Assembly (NCBI GenBank): GCA_009377375.1
Contig: WHUE01000012.1
Coordinates: forward strand, 2,427-66,426
DNA: 64,000 nucleotides
Direction: 5' to 3'
From: Alphaproteobacteria bacterium
Lineage (GTDB): Bacteria; Pseudomonadota; Alphaproteobacteria; MPNO01; UBA2964
Both the position numbers and the translations under genes were made by a program. Shown in pieces: positions 1 to 9,379 of this stretch; positions within the stretch are counted from its first letter, which is position 1, and every line of letters begins with the position of its first letter. The notes below the pieces were generated by a model. It searched no databases, was not told where the DNA came from, and was given only the letters and a program-made list of their open reading frames with translations.

Positions 1-1265
1 CGATCAAGGTGGTGCCGCGCGGCGCCGGCACCTCGCTGTCGGGCGGCGCGCTGCCGCTGGCCGACGGGGTGGTGCTGGGGCTCGCGAAGCTCAACCGCGT
101 GCTGGAGATCGACTACGCCAACCGCTGCGCCGTGGTGCAGCCGGGCGTCGCCAACCTCGCCATCTCCGACGCGGTGGCGGGGGCGGGCTACTACTACGCC
201 CCCGACCCGTCGAGCCAGGTCGCCTGCACCATCGGCGGCAACGTGGCGGAGAATTCCGGCGGGGTGCATTGCCTCAAATACGGGCTGACTACCAATAACC
301 TGCTCGGCGTCGAGATGGTGCTGATGGACGGCGAGGTAATCCGGCTCGGCGGCAGGCATCTCGATGCCGGCGGCTACGACCTGCTGGGGCTGGTCACCGG
401 CTCGGAAGGGCTGCTCGGCGTCGTCACCGAGGTCACGGTGCGCATCCTGCGCCGCCCGGCGACGGCGCGGGCCCTGCTGATGGGATTCCCCTCCTCGGAA
501 GCGGCGGGCGGCTGCGTCGCCGCCGTCATCGCCGCCGGCATCGTGCCCGGCGGGATGGAGATGATGGATCGCCCCGCCATCCACGCGGCGGAGGATTTCG
601 TCCATGCCGGCTATCCGCTGGACGTCGACGCGCTGCTGATCGTCGAGCTCGACGGGCCGGAGGCGGAGGTCGACCATCTCGTCGCCCGGGTGGGCGAAAT
701 CGCCGGGGCCTGCGGCGCGGTCTCGGTGCGCGCCAGCGAAACCGAGGCCGAGCGGCTGCTGTTCTGGGCCGGGCGCAAGGCGGCGTTTCCCGCGGTGGGC
801 CGCATCTCGCCCGATTACTACTGCATGGACGGCACCATCCCGCGCCACCGCCTGCCCGAGGTGCTGGCCCGCATGGCGGAGATGTCCTCGCGTTATCGCC
901 TGCGCGTCGCCAACGTGTTCCATGCCGGGGACGGCAATCTGCATCCGCTGATCCTCTACGACGCCAACGCGCCGGGCGAGCTGGAGGCGGCGGAGGCGTT
1001 CGGCGCCGAGATCCTGACGCTCTGCGTCGCCGTCGGCGGCGTGCTGACCGGCGAGCACGGGGTGGGGGTGGAAAAGCGCGACCTGATGGGCTCGATGTTC
1101 AGCGACACCGACCTCGCCGCGCAGCAGCGCCTGAAATGCGCCTTCGACCCCGACCTGCTGCTCAACCCCGGCAAGGTCTTCCCCGTCCTCCACCGCTGCG
1201 CCGAGCTCGGCCGCGTCCACGTCCACCGCGGCGAGACGCGGTTTGCGGACCTGCCGAGGTTCTGA
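1..1265 (+). CDS. glcD: glycolate oxidase FAD-linked subunit GlcD (N-terminus cut by window edge)
   Basis: ORF 9..1265 is open to base 1; FAD-oxidase motifs (GTSLSGGA, GGNVAENSGG, FHAGDGNLHP); directly followed by glcE and glcF. Confidence 0.85.
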   Translation, partial: IKVVPRGAGTSLSGGALPLADGVVLGLAKLNRVLEIDYANRCAVVQPGVANLAISDAVAGAGYYYAPDPSSQVACTIGGNVAENSGGVHCLKYGLTTNNLLGVEMVLMDGEVIRLGGRHLDAGGYDLLGLVTGSEGLLGVVTEVTVRILRRPATARALLMGFPSSEAAGGCVAAVIAAGIVPGGMEMMDRPAIHAAEDFVHAGYPLDVDALLIVELDGPEAEVDHLVARVGEIAGACGAVSVRASETEAERLLFWAGRKAAFPAVGRISPDYYCMDGTIPRHRLPEVLARMAEMSSRYRLRVANVFHAGDGNLHPLILYDANAPGELEAAEAFGAEILTLCVAVGGVLTGEHGVGVEKRDLMGSMFSDTDLAAQQRLKCAFDPDLLLNPGKVFPVLHRCAELGRVHVHRGETRFADLPRF

Positions 1266-1295
1266 ACGCGATGCGCGTCGTGTCGGCAGGCGGCC

Positions 1296-1332
1296 GCCCC
1301 TCCCCAGCCCTCCCCCGAGAGGGGGGAGGGAG
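1296..1332. repeat. GC-rich REP-like hairpin element (CCCTCCCC-N-CCCTCCCCC GAGA GGGGGGAGGG)
   Basis: glcD-glcE intergenic; self-complementary; the same unit recurs twice at 24344-24449. Confidence 0.7.
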
Positions 1333-1437
1333 CCGATGCGGGCCTGGTATTGCCGTTGCGTCCCCTGAGGGGAAAATTCGCCGCGGTATCCGCCTGCGTC
1401 CGTTCCCCCCTTGCGGGGGAAGGACAGGAAGGGGGGT

Positions 1438-2688
1438 ATGCCTGCCCCGCTCCCGGTTCCTCCCATGACCGCCGCCCTGCGCCCCGACACGGAGGACGCC
1501 GTCGTCGCTGCCGTCGCCGATGCGCTGGCCGACGACGCGGTGCTGGAGATCGTCGGCCGGGGCACGAAGCGCGGGCTCGGCCACGCCGTGCGGGCGCGGC
1601 GCGTGCTGGACCTGTCCGCGCTGAGCGGGATCGTGCTCTACGAGCCGGAGGAGCTGGTGCTGTCCGCCCGGGCGGGCACGACACTGTCCGACATCCAGGC
1701 GGCGCTGGCCGAAAGGAACCAGGCGCTGGCCTTCGAGCCGCCGGACTGGGGCCCGCTCTATGGCGGTCCGGCGCGCGCGGGCACGCTGGGCGGGGCCGTG
1801 GCGGCCAACCTGTCGGGGCCGGCGCGCATCCGCAGCGGGGCGGCGCGCGACCACGTGCTGGGCCTGCGCGCCGTCACCGGACGGGGCGAGCTGGTGAAGA
1901 CCGGCGGGCGTGTGGTGAAGAACGTCACCGGCTACGACCTGTGCAAGCTGCTGACCGGCTCGATGGGCACGCTGGCGGCGCTGACGGAAATCACCGTCAA
2001 GGTGCTGCCCGCGCCGGAAAAGATCCGCACCCTCCTCGTCCTCGGGGCCGACGGCGCGATGGCGCTGGCGGCGATGGAGACCGCGCTGCAGAGCCCGCAC
2101 GACGTCTCCGGCGCGGCGCATCTGCCGGCCTATGCCGCCGCGCGCTCGGCGGTATCGTATGTGTCTGGCGCCGGGGCCTCGGTCACCGCGCTGCGCGTCG
2201 AGGGACCGGCCCCCTCGGTGGAGGCGCGGTGCCTGGCGCTGAAGACGCTGCTCGCCGGGTTCGGCCCGCTGGAGGAGCTGCATTTCCGCAACTCGCGCAC
2301 GCTCTGGGCGGAGATCGGCTCGGCTTCGCTGCTGGTCCGGGGCGGCGATCCGCTGTGGCGCATCTCGGTGCCCCCCACCGCCGGCCCGCGCGTCGGCGCC
2401 GTGCTGGCGCGGACGCTGGGGGCGGAGATCGTCGCCGACTGGGGCGGCGGGCTGCTCTGGGCGCGCGTGCCGGCCGCGCTGGAGGACGCCGGCCATGCCT
2501 CCGTCCGCGCCGCCATCGCCCGGCCGGGCGGCCACGCCACGCTGGTCCGCGCGAACGACGCGGTCCGCGCATCGGTGCCGGTGTTCCAGCCTCCCGCGCC
2601 CGGAATCGCCCGGCTCAACGCCCGGATCAGGGACGGGTTCGACCCGAAGCGCATCCTCAATCCCGGCCGCATGGGGGCGGAGCCGTAA
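1438..2688 (+). CDS. glcE: glycolate oxidase FAD-binding subunit GlcE
   Basis: FAD_binding_4-like N-terminus; ATG 1438 preceded by GGAAGGGGGG RBS; operon position between glcD and glcF. Confidence 0.8.
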   Translation: MPAPLPVPPMTAALRPDTEDAVVAAVADALADDAVLEIVGRGTKRGLGHAVRARRVLDLSALSGIVLYEPEELVLSARAGTTLSDIQAALAERNQALAFEPPDWGPLYGGPARAGTLGGAVAANLSGPARIRSGAARDHVLGLRAVTGRGELVKTGGRVVKNVTGYDLCKLLTGSMGTLAALTEITVKVLPAPEKIRTLLVLGADGAMALAAMETALQSPHDVSGAAHLPAYAAARSAVSYVSGAGASVTALRVEGPAPSVEARCLALKTLLAGFGPLEELHFRNSRTLWAEIGSASLLVRGGDPLWRISVPPTAGPRVGAVLARTLGAEIVADWGGGLLWARVPAALEDAGHASVRAAIARPGGHATLVRANDAVRASVPVFQPPAPGIARLNARIRDGFDPKRILNPGRMGAEP

Positions 2689-2691
2689 GCC

Positions 2692-4056
2692 ATGCAGACC
2701 CGCTTCACCCTCGCCCAGCTCGCCGATCCCGACATTTCGGCCGCCAACGACATCTTGCGGAGCTGCGTCCATTGCGGGTTCTGCCTGCCGGCCTGCCCGA
2801 CCTACGCGCTGCTCGGCGACGAGCGGGACGGGCCGCGCGGACGCATCTACCTGATCAAGGAGATGCTGGAGGAAGATCGCGCCGCGACCCCGACCGATGT
2901 GACCCATATCGACCGTTGCCTGTCCTGCATGTCCTGCATGACCGCCTGCCCGTCCGGGGTGAACTACATGCATCTGGTGGACATTGCGCGCGAGCGCATG
3001 GCCGATGCGCCGTCGCGCTCCGCCGGCGGCCGGGCGGTCCGGGCGCTGCTGTCGCGCGTGCTGCCCTGGCCCCGACGCTTCCGCGCGGCGCTGGCCCTCG
3101 GCGCGCTGGCGCGGCCCTTCGCGCGCCTCCTCCCCTGGCCGCTGCGCCGCATGGTGGAGATGATGCCCCGGCGCGCGGCCTCGGGGACGGCGACCGCGCC
3201 CGGCGTGTACCCGGCGGACGGCGCGCGGCGGTTCCGGGTCGCGCTGCTGGCCGGCTGCGTGCAACAGGCGCTGGCGCCGGCGATCAACGCCGCCACGATC
3301 CGCCTGCTCACCCGGCTCGGCTGCGAGGTGGTGGTGGCCGAGGGCGCCGGGTGCTGCGGCGCGCTCGACCATCACATGGGCCGGGGCGGCGCGGCGCGCG
3401 GCCTCGCCCGCGGCAACGTCCGCGCCTGGCTCGCGGCGGCGGAACAGGCGGGCGGGCTCGATGCGATCCTGGTCAACGCCTCGGGCTGCGGCACGATGGT
3501 GAAGGATTACGGCTTCCTGCTGCGCGGCGGCGGCGATGCGGCGGCGGCCGGCCGCGTCTCCGCGCTGGCGCGCGACATCTCCGAGTTCCTGGCGGAGCGC
3601 GACCTGATCGGGCCGAACGTGCAGCCCCTGGCGCGGCCGATACGCGTCGCCTGGCAGGCGCCGTGCTCCCTGCAGCACGGCCAGCGCGTGACCGCCGCGC
3701 CGCGCGACCTGCTCGCCGCCTGCGGCTTCGCGGTGACGGAACCGGCGGACGCCCATCTCTGTTGCGGCTCGGCCGGCACCTACAATATCCTTCAGCCGGA
3801 GATCGCGGACCGGCTGCGCCGGCGGAAACAGGCGGCGCTGGCCGCGACTACCCCCGACGTGGTAGCCAGCGGCAATATCGGCTGCATCGCGCAATTGTCC
3901 GTTGACGCGGCGTGGCCGGTGGTGCATGTGGTCGAGCTTCTCGACTGGGCGACCGGGGGCCCGCGGCCCGCCTCGCTGGGCGATGCCCGCCCGCGGCGCC
4001 CGGGACGGAAAAGGGACGGTGGCAAGGACGGCGGCAGCGCGGCATGGAAGACCTGA
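2692..4056 (+). CDS. glcF: glycolate oxidase iron-sulfur subunit GlcF
   Basis: two 4Fe-4S ferredoxin cysteine motifs (CVHCGFCLPACP, CLSCMSCMTACP) plus C-terminal CCG domains (CCGA, CCGS). Confidence 0.85.
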   Translation: MQTRFTLAQLADPDISAANDILRSCVHCGFCLPACPTYALLGDERDGPRGRIYLIKEMLEEDRAATPTDVTHIDRCLSCMSCMTACPSGVNYMHLVDIARERMADAPSRSAGGRAVRALLSRVLPWPRRFRAALALGALARPFARLLPWPLRRMVEMMPRRAASGTATAPGVYPADGARRFRVALLAGCVQQALAPAINAATIRLLTRLGCEVVVAEGAGCCGALDHHMGRGGAARGLARGNVRAWLAAAEQAGGLDAILVNASGCGTMVKDYGFLLRGGGDAAAAGRVSALARDISEFLAERDLIGPNVQPLARPIRVAWQAPCSLQHGQRVTAAPRDLLAACGFAVTEPADAHLCCGSAGTYNILQPEIADRLRRRKQAALAATTPDVVASGNIGCIAQLSVDAAWPVVHVVELLDWATGGPRPASLGDARPRRPGRKRDGGKDGGSAAWKT

Positions 4057-4598
4057 AGGCCTGGATGGACACTCACGCGAGGCTCGCCTTCCGCCTGCCG
4101 GGCGGGGCGGGGCAGCGCGATTCACGGCTCGACGGGCTGTTCGCGCGGCTGCGCGCCGCGGCCTGCCCGGAAGACGCGGCGCCCATCGAGGAGCGCATCT
4201 GGGCGCTCTGGACCACCAGCGGCGATGCGGCCGTGGACCGGCTGATGTCGATCGGGCTGCGCGCGCTCAGCGCCGGCGGCTACGACGCCGCGCTCGAAGC
4301 CTTCGACGAGGTGACCGAGCTCGCCCCCGATTTCGCCGAGGGCTGGAACAAGCGGGCGACGGTCAACTACCTGATCGGCGATTACGACCAGTCGATCTCC
4401 GACGTGGAAATGACGCTGAGTCTCGAGCCCCGCCATTTCGGCGCGCTGTCCGGCCTCGCCATGATCGCGCTGGCGCTGGGCGAGGAGGAGCAGGCCGTCG
4501 ACGCCTTCGAGGCGGCGCTGGAAATCCACCCCCACATGATCGGCGACAACCGCCAGATCCGCGAACTCCGCGCCCGCGTCCGCGGCCGCGACATCTGA
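4044..4598 (+). CDS. tetratricopeptide-repeat protein
   Basis: ATG 4044 overlaps the glcF 3' end; TPR-like helical repeats (AEGWNKRATVNYLIGDYDQSI...). Confidence 0.55.
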   Translation: MEDLKAWMDTHARLAFRLPGGAGQRDSRLDGLFARLRAAACPEDAAPIEERIWALWTTSGDAAVDRLMSIGLRALSAGGYDAALEAFDEVTELAPDFAEGWNKRATVNYLIGDYDQSISDVEMTLSLEPRHFGALSGLAMIALALGEEEQAVDAFEAALEIHPHMIGDNRQIRELRARVRGRDI

Positions 4599-4623
4599 TC
4601 CCGCCGGTCGTACCTCAGAGCTT

Positions 4624-5493
4624 TCAGAGCTTTCTGGCCGTCAGCGCGGCGCGGGCGCCATCGATCTCCACCGCGCCCTCGATGGCGTCCCCCGACACGG
4701 TGCCCTCGATGCGCAGCGGAACGGTCCGCCCGTCGCGCACGACGCGGGCCTCGATGTGCAGCGCCGTGCCGCGCAGCCTGGCGTTTCCGATCGGCGTTTC
4801 CCGGCCGAAGGCGTGGAGCGTCCCCGACACGTTCTGGAATTCCTGGTGGAGGTCCAGCCGGAAGACCTCGCCCTCCGCTTCCCATTCCCAGCGTCCGGCG
4901 ACGGGCGCCGGAACGGTCCAGAGATAGACCTGCAGGGATTCGTCGTCCTCGATGACGTTGCCGCCCGGCGCCGCCCGCCTGGATGGGTTCACCGCCGCGT
5001 CGGCCTGCCAGTCGCCGAGATGGAACTGGTACGACACCAGGCGGGTGCCCGGCCGCAGCGCGAGCAGCCGCGATCGCAGCTCGAGGTTGAGGTCCTGGAG
5101 CAGATACATCGTGACGACCGTGGCGTCGCTGAAATCGGCCTCGAACACGTCGCCCTCGACGAACCGGACCCGGTCCGAAAACCCGGCCTTCTCCGCGTTC
5201 TCGATGCCCTCCTTCACGCGTGCCGGGTCCAGGTCGATGCCGGTCGAGCGCGCCGCGCCGAAATCCCTGACCGCGGCGATGGAGATCCGCCCGTCGCCCG
5301 AGCCGAGGTCGTAATGGATATCGCCGGGTCCGACCCCGGCCATCCGCAGCATCGTCTCGACGGTCGAATGCGGCGTCGGCAGGAACGGGGCGTTGGTGCG
5401 CGCGCCAAGGTCGTTGGCCGCGGCCTGCGGGGCGACGGCGCCGCAGAGCGACAGCGCCGCGATTGCCGCTGCAACCAGCCGGAAAGGAGTCAT
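4624..5493 (-). CDS. secreted class I SAM-dependent methyltransferase
   Basis: signal-peptide-like N-terminus (MTPFRLVAAAIAALSLCGAVA) and SAM-binding motif (DLGSGDGRISI); start ATG 5493 with GGGAGG RBS. Confidence 0.7.
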   Translation of the reverse strand: MTPFRLVAAAIAALSLCGAVAPQAAANDLGARTNAPFLPTPHSTVETMLRMAGVGPGDIHYDLGSGDGRISIAAVRDFGAARSTGIDLDPARVKEGIENAEKAGFSDRVRFVEGDVFEADFSDATVVTMYLLQDLNLELRSRLLALRPGTRLVSYQFHLGDWQADAAVNPSRRAAPGGNVIEDDESLQVYLWTVPAPVAGRWEWEAEGEVFRLDLHQEFQNVSGTLHAFGRETPIGNARLRGTALHIEARVVRDGRTVPLRIEGTVSGDAIEGAVEIDGARAALTARKL

Positions 5494-5751
5494 CGCCGGG
5501 CGCCTCCCGCCGCCATTCGTCCCATGCGCCGTTCCCCACCGGCTCTTCCCGCCGGCGGCCCCGGCGCGCAAGACTAGGCAACGGCGCGCGATGCCGCAAT
5601 CCGCAACGCGGCGCGGCGGCGCCCTCGGCGCGCGGTTGCCACGATTCACGTGGTCGGAAATAGGAATTTGGTCCCTTCAGGACCCGTGCTGGCTTATTAA
5701 GAAAATATTCCTCTACAGGGATTTGCGCTGAGAACCGGACGCATTCCGGAA

Positions 5752-5769
5752 ATGTTCCACGTGGAACAT
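5752..5769. promoter_or_regulatory. perfect 18-bp palindrome ATGTTCCACGTGGAACAT (candidate operator)
   Basis: seen in the pyk 3' / methyltransferase 5' intergenic region; flanked by two shorter dyads. Confidence 0.45.
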
Positions 5770-5780
5770 CGGGGGGAATC

Positions 5781-7199
5781 TCAGGCGCCGACCCAGGCGA
5801 TGCGCAGGATGTTGGTCGCGCCGGGGGTGCCGAAGGGGACGCCCGCGGTGATGACCAGCCGCGTGCCGGCGGCGGCGTAGCCGCCGGACTGGGCGAGGCG
5901 GCAGGCCTTGTCGACCATGTCGCCGAAATCCTTCACGTCCTCGGTCAGCAGGCACTGCACGCCCCAGGCGATGGCGAGCTTGCGGGCGGTCTCCGGCTTC
6001 TCGGTCAGGCACAGGATCGGCGCGTCGGGCCGCTCCCGCGCGGCGCGCAAGCTCGTGGAGCCCGAGGTGGTGTAGGTGACGATGGCGGCGGCGGACACGG
6101 TGCGGGCGACCTGGCGCGCGGCGGCGGTGATCGCGTCGGGCGCGGTGGCCTCCGGGTCGTGGTGCTCGGCGTCGCGGATGACGCGGTATTGCGGGTCCTG
6201 CTCCACCCGGGCGATGATGCGCTCCATCATCTCGACCGCCTCGCGCGGGTACTTGCCGGCGGCGGTCTCGGCCGACAGCATCACCGCGTCGGCCCCGTCA
6301 TAGACCGCGGTGGCGACGTCGGAGGCCTCGGCGCGGGTCGGCGCGGGGGCGCCGATCATCGATTCCAGCATCTGCGTCGCCACCACCACCGGCTTGCCGT
6401 GCTGGCGGCAGGCGCGGACGATCTGCTTCTGCAGCGACGGCACGTCCTCCGGCGGCAGCTCGACGCCCAGATCGCCGCGCGCGACCATCACCGCGTCGGA
6501 CAGCATGATGATCTCGTCCAGATGCTGGATCGCCGACGGCTTTTCCAGCTTGGACAGGATCGCCGCGCGGCCCGCCACCAGCTTGCGCGCCTCGGCCACG
6601 TCCTCCGGCCGCTGGACGAAGCTGAGCCCGATATAGTCCACCCCGTGATCGACCGCGAAGCGCAGGTCGTCGCGGTCCTTGGCGCCCAGCGCCGAGATCG
6701 GCAGCGTCGCGTTGGGGACGTTGACGCCCTTGTGGTTCGACAGCCGGCCGCCGACCATCACCTCGGTCTCGGCGAACTTCCTGTCCGCGCGGGTGACGCG
6801 CAGCCGCAGCTTGCCGTCGTCGAGCAGCACCTCGGTGCCTTCCTCGATGGCGGCGAAGATTTCCGGATGGGGCAGGGGGGCGCGGCCCGAATCGCCGGGC
6901 GTCCTGTCGAGGTCGAGCCGGAACGCGCGGCCGGCCACGAGCTCCACCGCGCCGTCCTCGAAATCGCCGACGCGGAGCTTCGGCCCCTGCAGGTCGGAGA
7001 GAATCCCGATCGGGCGGCCGGTCTCCTGTTCCAGCGCGCGGATCGTCTCGATGCGCGCGGCGTGCTCCGGATGGGTGCCGTGGCTGAAATTCAGCCGGAA
7101 GACGTCGGCCCCGGCCTCGAACAGCGTCCGGATCATCTCCGGCGAATCGCTGGCCGGGCCGAGCGTGGCGACGATCTTCGCTTGTCTGTGACGGCGCAT
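5781..7199 (-). CDS. pyk: pyruvate kinase
   Basis: full-length PK domain (KIVATLGPAS, NFSHG, MVARGDLGVE). Confidence 0.9.
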   Translation of the reverse strand: MRRHRQAKIVATLGPASDSPEMIRTLFEAGADVFRLNFSHGTHPEHAARIETIRALEQETGRPIGILSDLQGPKLRVGDFEDGAVELVAGRAFRLDLDRTPGDSGRAPLPHPEIFAAIEEGTEVLLDDGKLRLRVTRADRKFAETEVMVGGRLSNHKGVNVPNATLPISALGAKDRDDLRFAVDHGVDYIGLSFVQRPEDVAEARKLVAGRAAILSKLEKPSAIQHLDEIIMLSDAVMVARGDLGVELPPEDVPSLQKQIVRACRQHGKPVVVATQMLESMIGAPAPTRAEASDVATAVYDGADAVMLSAETAAGKYPREAVEMMERIIARVEQDPQYRVIRDAEHHDPEATAPDAITAAARQVARTVSAAAIVTYTTSGSTSLRAARERPDAPILCLTEKPETARKLAIAWGVQCLLTEDVKDFGDMVDKACRLAQSGGYAAAGTRLVITAGVPFGTPGATNILRIAWVGA

Positions 7200-7207
7200 C
7201 TTTAGCC

Positions 7208-8479
7208 TTATAGATCAGTACGTTCTTCGGGGCCAGCGGCGATGAGGATGCAGCGGAAATCGTTAACATTCGTCCGTGTCGGTCCGGTGACAACGGCGTC
7301 GCCCAGCGCGGCGAAGAACGCGCCGCTGCGATGGCCCTCCAGCATCGCCGCGGCGTCCAGCCCGGCGGCGCGGGCCCGGGCCAGCGTGTCCGGGCCGACG
7401 ACCGCGCCCGCGGCCTCCGAGTCGCCGTCGATCCCGTCGGTGTCGCAGGCGATGGCCCGGATGCCCGCCCGCCCGTCCAGCGCGAGGGCTAGGGCCAGGG
7501 CGTATTCGGCGTTGCGCCCGCCGCGCCCCGCCTCGCCCGCGATCGTCACCGTGGTCTCGCCGCCGGAGACCAGGGCCACGGCGCGGCCCAAAGCCGCGTG
7601 GCGCAGCGCCAGCGCGGCGTGCGCCGCCGCCACCTCCCGCGCCTCGCCCTCGATGCCGCCGCCGAGATCGACCGGCTCGAACCCCGCGGCGCGCGCGGCG
7701 GCGCAGACGGTGGCGAGCGCGTCGCCGGCACGGGCGACGATGTGCACCGCGCCCTCCGCGGCGCCGGGCTTCGGCGTCTCGTTCGCGGGATCCTCCAGCG
7801 CGCGGCGGACGGCATCCGGCGGTGCGATGCGATAGCGCGCCAGAACGGCCCGCGCATCGGCCAGCGTGGTCGCATCGGCGAGCGTCGGGCCGGAGGCGAC
7901 GGTGGCCGGATCGTCGCCCGGCACGTCGGAGACCACCAGCGTCGCCAGCCGGGCCGGGCGCGCCCGCGCCGCCAGCCGCCCGCCCTTGATCGCCGACAAA
8001 TGCTTGCGCACGCAGTTGATCGCCGCGATCGGCGCGCCGCTTCGCAGCAGCGCCCCGGTCACCGCGCGCTTGTCGGCCAGCGAAACCCCCGGCGCCGGCA
8101 GGGCCAGCAGGGCCGAGCCGCCGCCCGAGACCAGCGCCAGAAGCAGGTCGTCCGGCCCGAGCCCGGCGGCGAGATCGAGCATGCGCCGGGCCGCCGCCTC
8201 GCCGGCCGCGTCGGGCACCGGGTGGGCGGCCTCGATCACCGCGATACGCTCGCACCCGACCCCGTGGCCGTAGGGCACGACCACGGCGCCGGACAGCGGG
8301 CCGTCCCAGCGCTGCTCGACCGCGCGGGCCATCGCCGCGGCGGCCTTGCCGGCGCCGACCACGACCGTCCGCCCCGCCGGCGGCGGGGGCAGATGCGGCG
8401 GCACGCAGGTCTCGGCCTGCACCGCGCGCAGCGCCGCCTCGAACAGCGCCAGCAGCGTCGGGTCGGGCCTGTCGGTCAT
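7208..8479 (-). CDS. glycerate 2-kinase (MOFRL family)
   Basis: MOFRL/GckA-like sequence starting MTDRPDPTLL at ATG 8479; the upstream in-frame stretch to 9220 is a non-coding ORF extension. Confidence 0.8.
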   Translation of the reverse strand: MTDRPDPTLLALFEAALRAVQAETCVPPHLPPPPAGRTVVVGAGKAAAAMARAVEQRWDGPLSGAVVVPYGHGVGCERIAVIEAAHPVPDAAGEAAARRMLDLAAGLGPDDLLLALVSGGGSALLALPAPGVSLADKRAVTGALLRSGAPIAAINCVRKHLSAIKGGRLAARARPARLATLVVSDVPGDDPATVASGPTLADATTLADARAVLARYRIAPPDAVRRALEDPANETPKPGAAEGAVHIVARAGDALATVCAAARAAGFEPVDLGGGIEGEAREVAAAHAALALRHAALGRAVALVSGGETTVTIAGEAGRGGRNAEYALALALALDGRAGIRAIACDTDGIDGDSEAAGAVVGPDTLARARAAGLDAAAMLEGHRSGAFFAALGDAVVTGPTRTNVNDFRCILIAAGPEERTDL

Positions 8480-8569
8480 GGGGGTCGCCTCCGGGGCCGG
8501 ATCGGGCGTCACGATAATACGCCGCGCGGATTTGGCGCAAATCGCGGCATGGCCCCATATAATGGGACG

Positions 8570-9379
8570 ATGCATGAGCTTTCCTCCCCCGACGCCCCCC
8601 TGATCGGCGCCGACGATCCCGCCCCGGTCTCCGTCCATAACGGCAACGGCAGGGCGTCCGCCATCGTGCTCTGCGATCACGGCTCGAACGCGGTGCCGAA
8701 GGCGCTGCGCGGGCTGGGGCTGACCGAGCGCGAGCTGCACCTGCATATCGCCTGGGACGTGGGCGCCGCCTCGGTCACGCGTCGTCTCGCCGACGCGCTG
8801 GATGCGCCCGCAGTGCTGGCCAACTACTCGCGCCTGGTGGTCGACTGCAACCGCCCGCTCGATCATCCGACCTCCATCGCCAGCGAAAGCGACGGGGTGC
8901 GGATTCCCGCCAACATCGCGGTGACGGAGGCGGAGGCGCGCCGCCGGGCGGAGGCGATCTTCTGGCCCTATCACCGCAAGATCGGCGCCGGGCTCGCCGG
9001 GTTCGCCGTGCGCGGCGTCCTGCCGGCCATCGTCTCGGTGCACAGCTTCACGGCCACGCTGGGCGGGCACAGGCGGCCGTGGCAGGTGGGCGTGCTGTGG
9101 GACCGTGACGACCGCGTCGCCGCGCCGCTGATCGCCGCACTCCGCGCCGGCGGGATGGAGGTCGGCGACAACCATCCCTATTCCGGGCGCATGCGGTTCG
9201 GCTATTCGATCGAGGTGCACGCCACGGAATGCGGCCTGCCCAACGTGCTGATCGAGCTGCGCGAGGACATGGTGGCCGACGAGGAGGGCCAGGCGCGGAT
9301 GGCGGCGGCGCTGGCCGGCGCGTTGCTTCCCGTCCTCGCGGATCCCGCGCTCTATGCGCGCTGGGCGGGGGCCGAATGA
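8570..9379 (+). CDS. N-formylglutamate amidohydrolase (FGase/HutG-like) family protein
   Basis: FGase-family motifs (CDHGSN, VSVHSF, H..ECGLPNV); alternative start at ATG 8549; its stop overlaps the next gene's start (ATGA). Confidence 0.7.
   Translation: MHELSSPDAPLIGADDPAPVSVHNGNGRASAIVLCDHGSNAVPKALRGLGLTERELHLHIAWDVGAASVTRRLADALDAPAVLANYSRLVVDCNRPLDHPTSIASESDGVRIPANIAVTEAEARRRAEAIFWPYHRKIGAGLAGFAVRGVLPAIVSVHSFTATLGGHRRPWQVGVLWDRDDRVAAPLIAALRAGGMEVGDNHPYSGRMRFGYSIEVHATECGLPNVLIELREDMVADEEGQARMAAALAGALLPVLADPALYARWAGAE

Noticed and set aside
1162-4125. 987-aa ORF antisense to glcD/glcE/glcF
   Set aside because: Arg/Pro/Gly-rich, no domain. It lies entirely opposite three well-supported genes. 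This is typical of stop-codon-poor GC-rich DNA.
7263-8558. 431-aa and other Arg-rich ORFs inside the glycerate kinase gene
   Set aside because: Alternative-frame artefacts of GC-rich coding sequence.
7208-9220. 670-aa reading of the glycerate kinase ORF
   Set aside because: The homologous part begins at MTDRPDP (ATG 8479). The upstream 246 aa are low-complexity and overlap the divergent FGase gene's promoter and 5' end.
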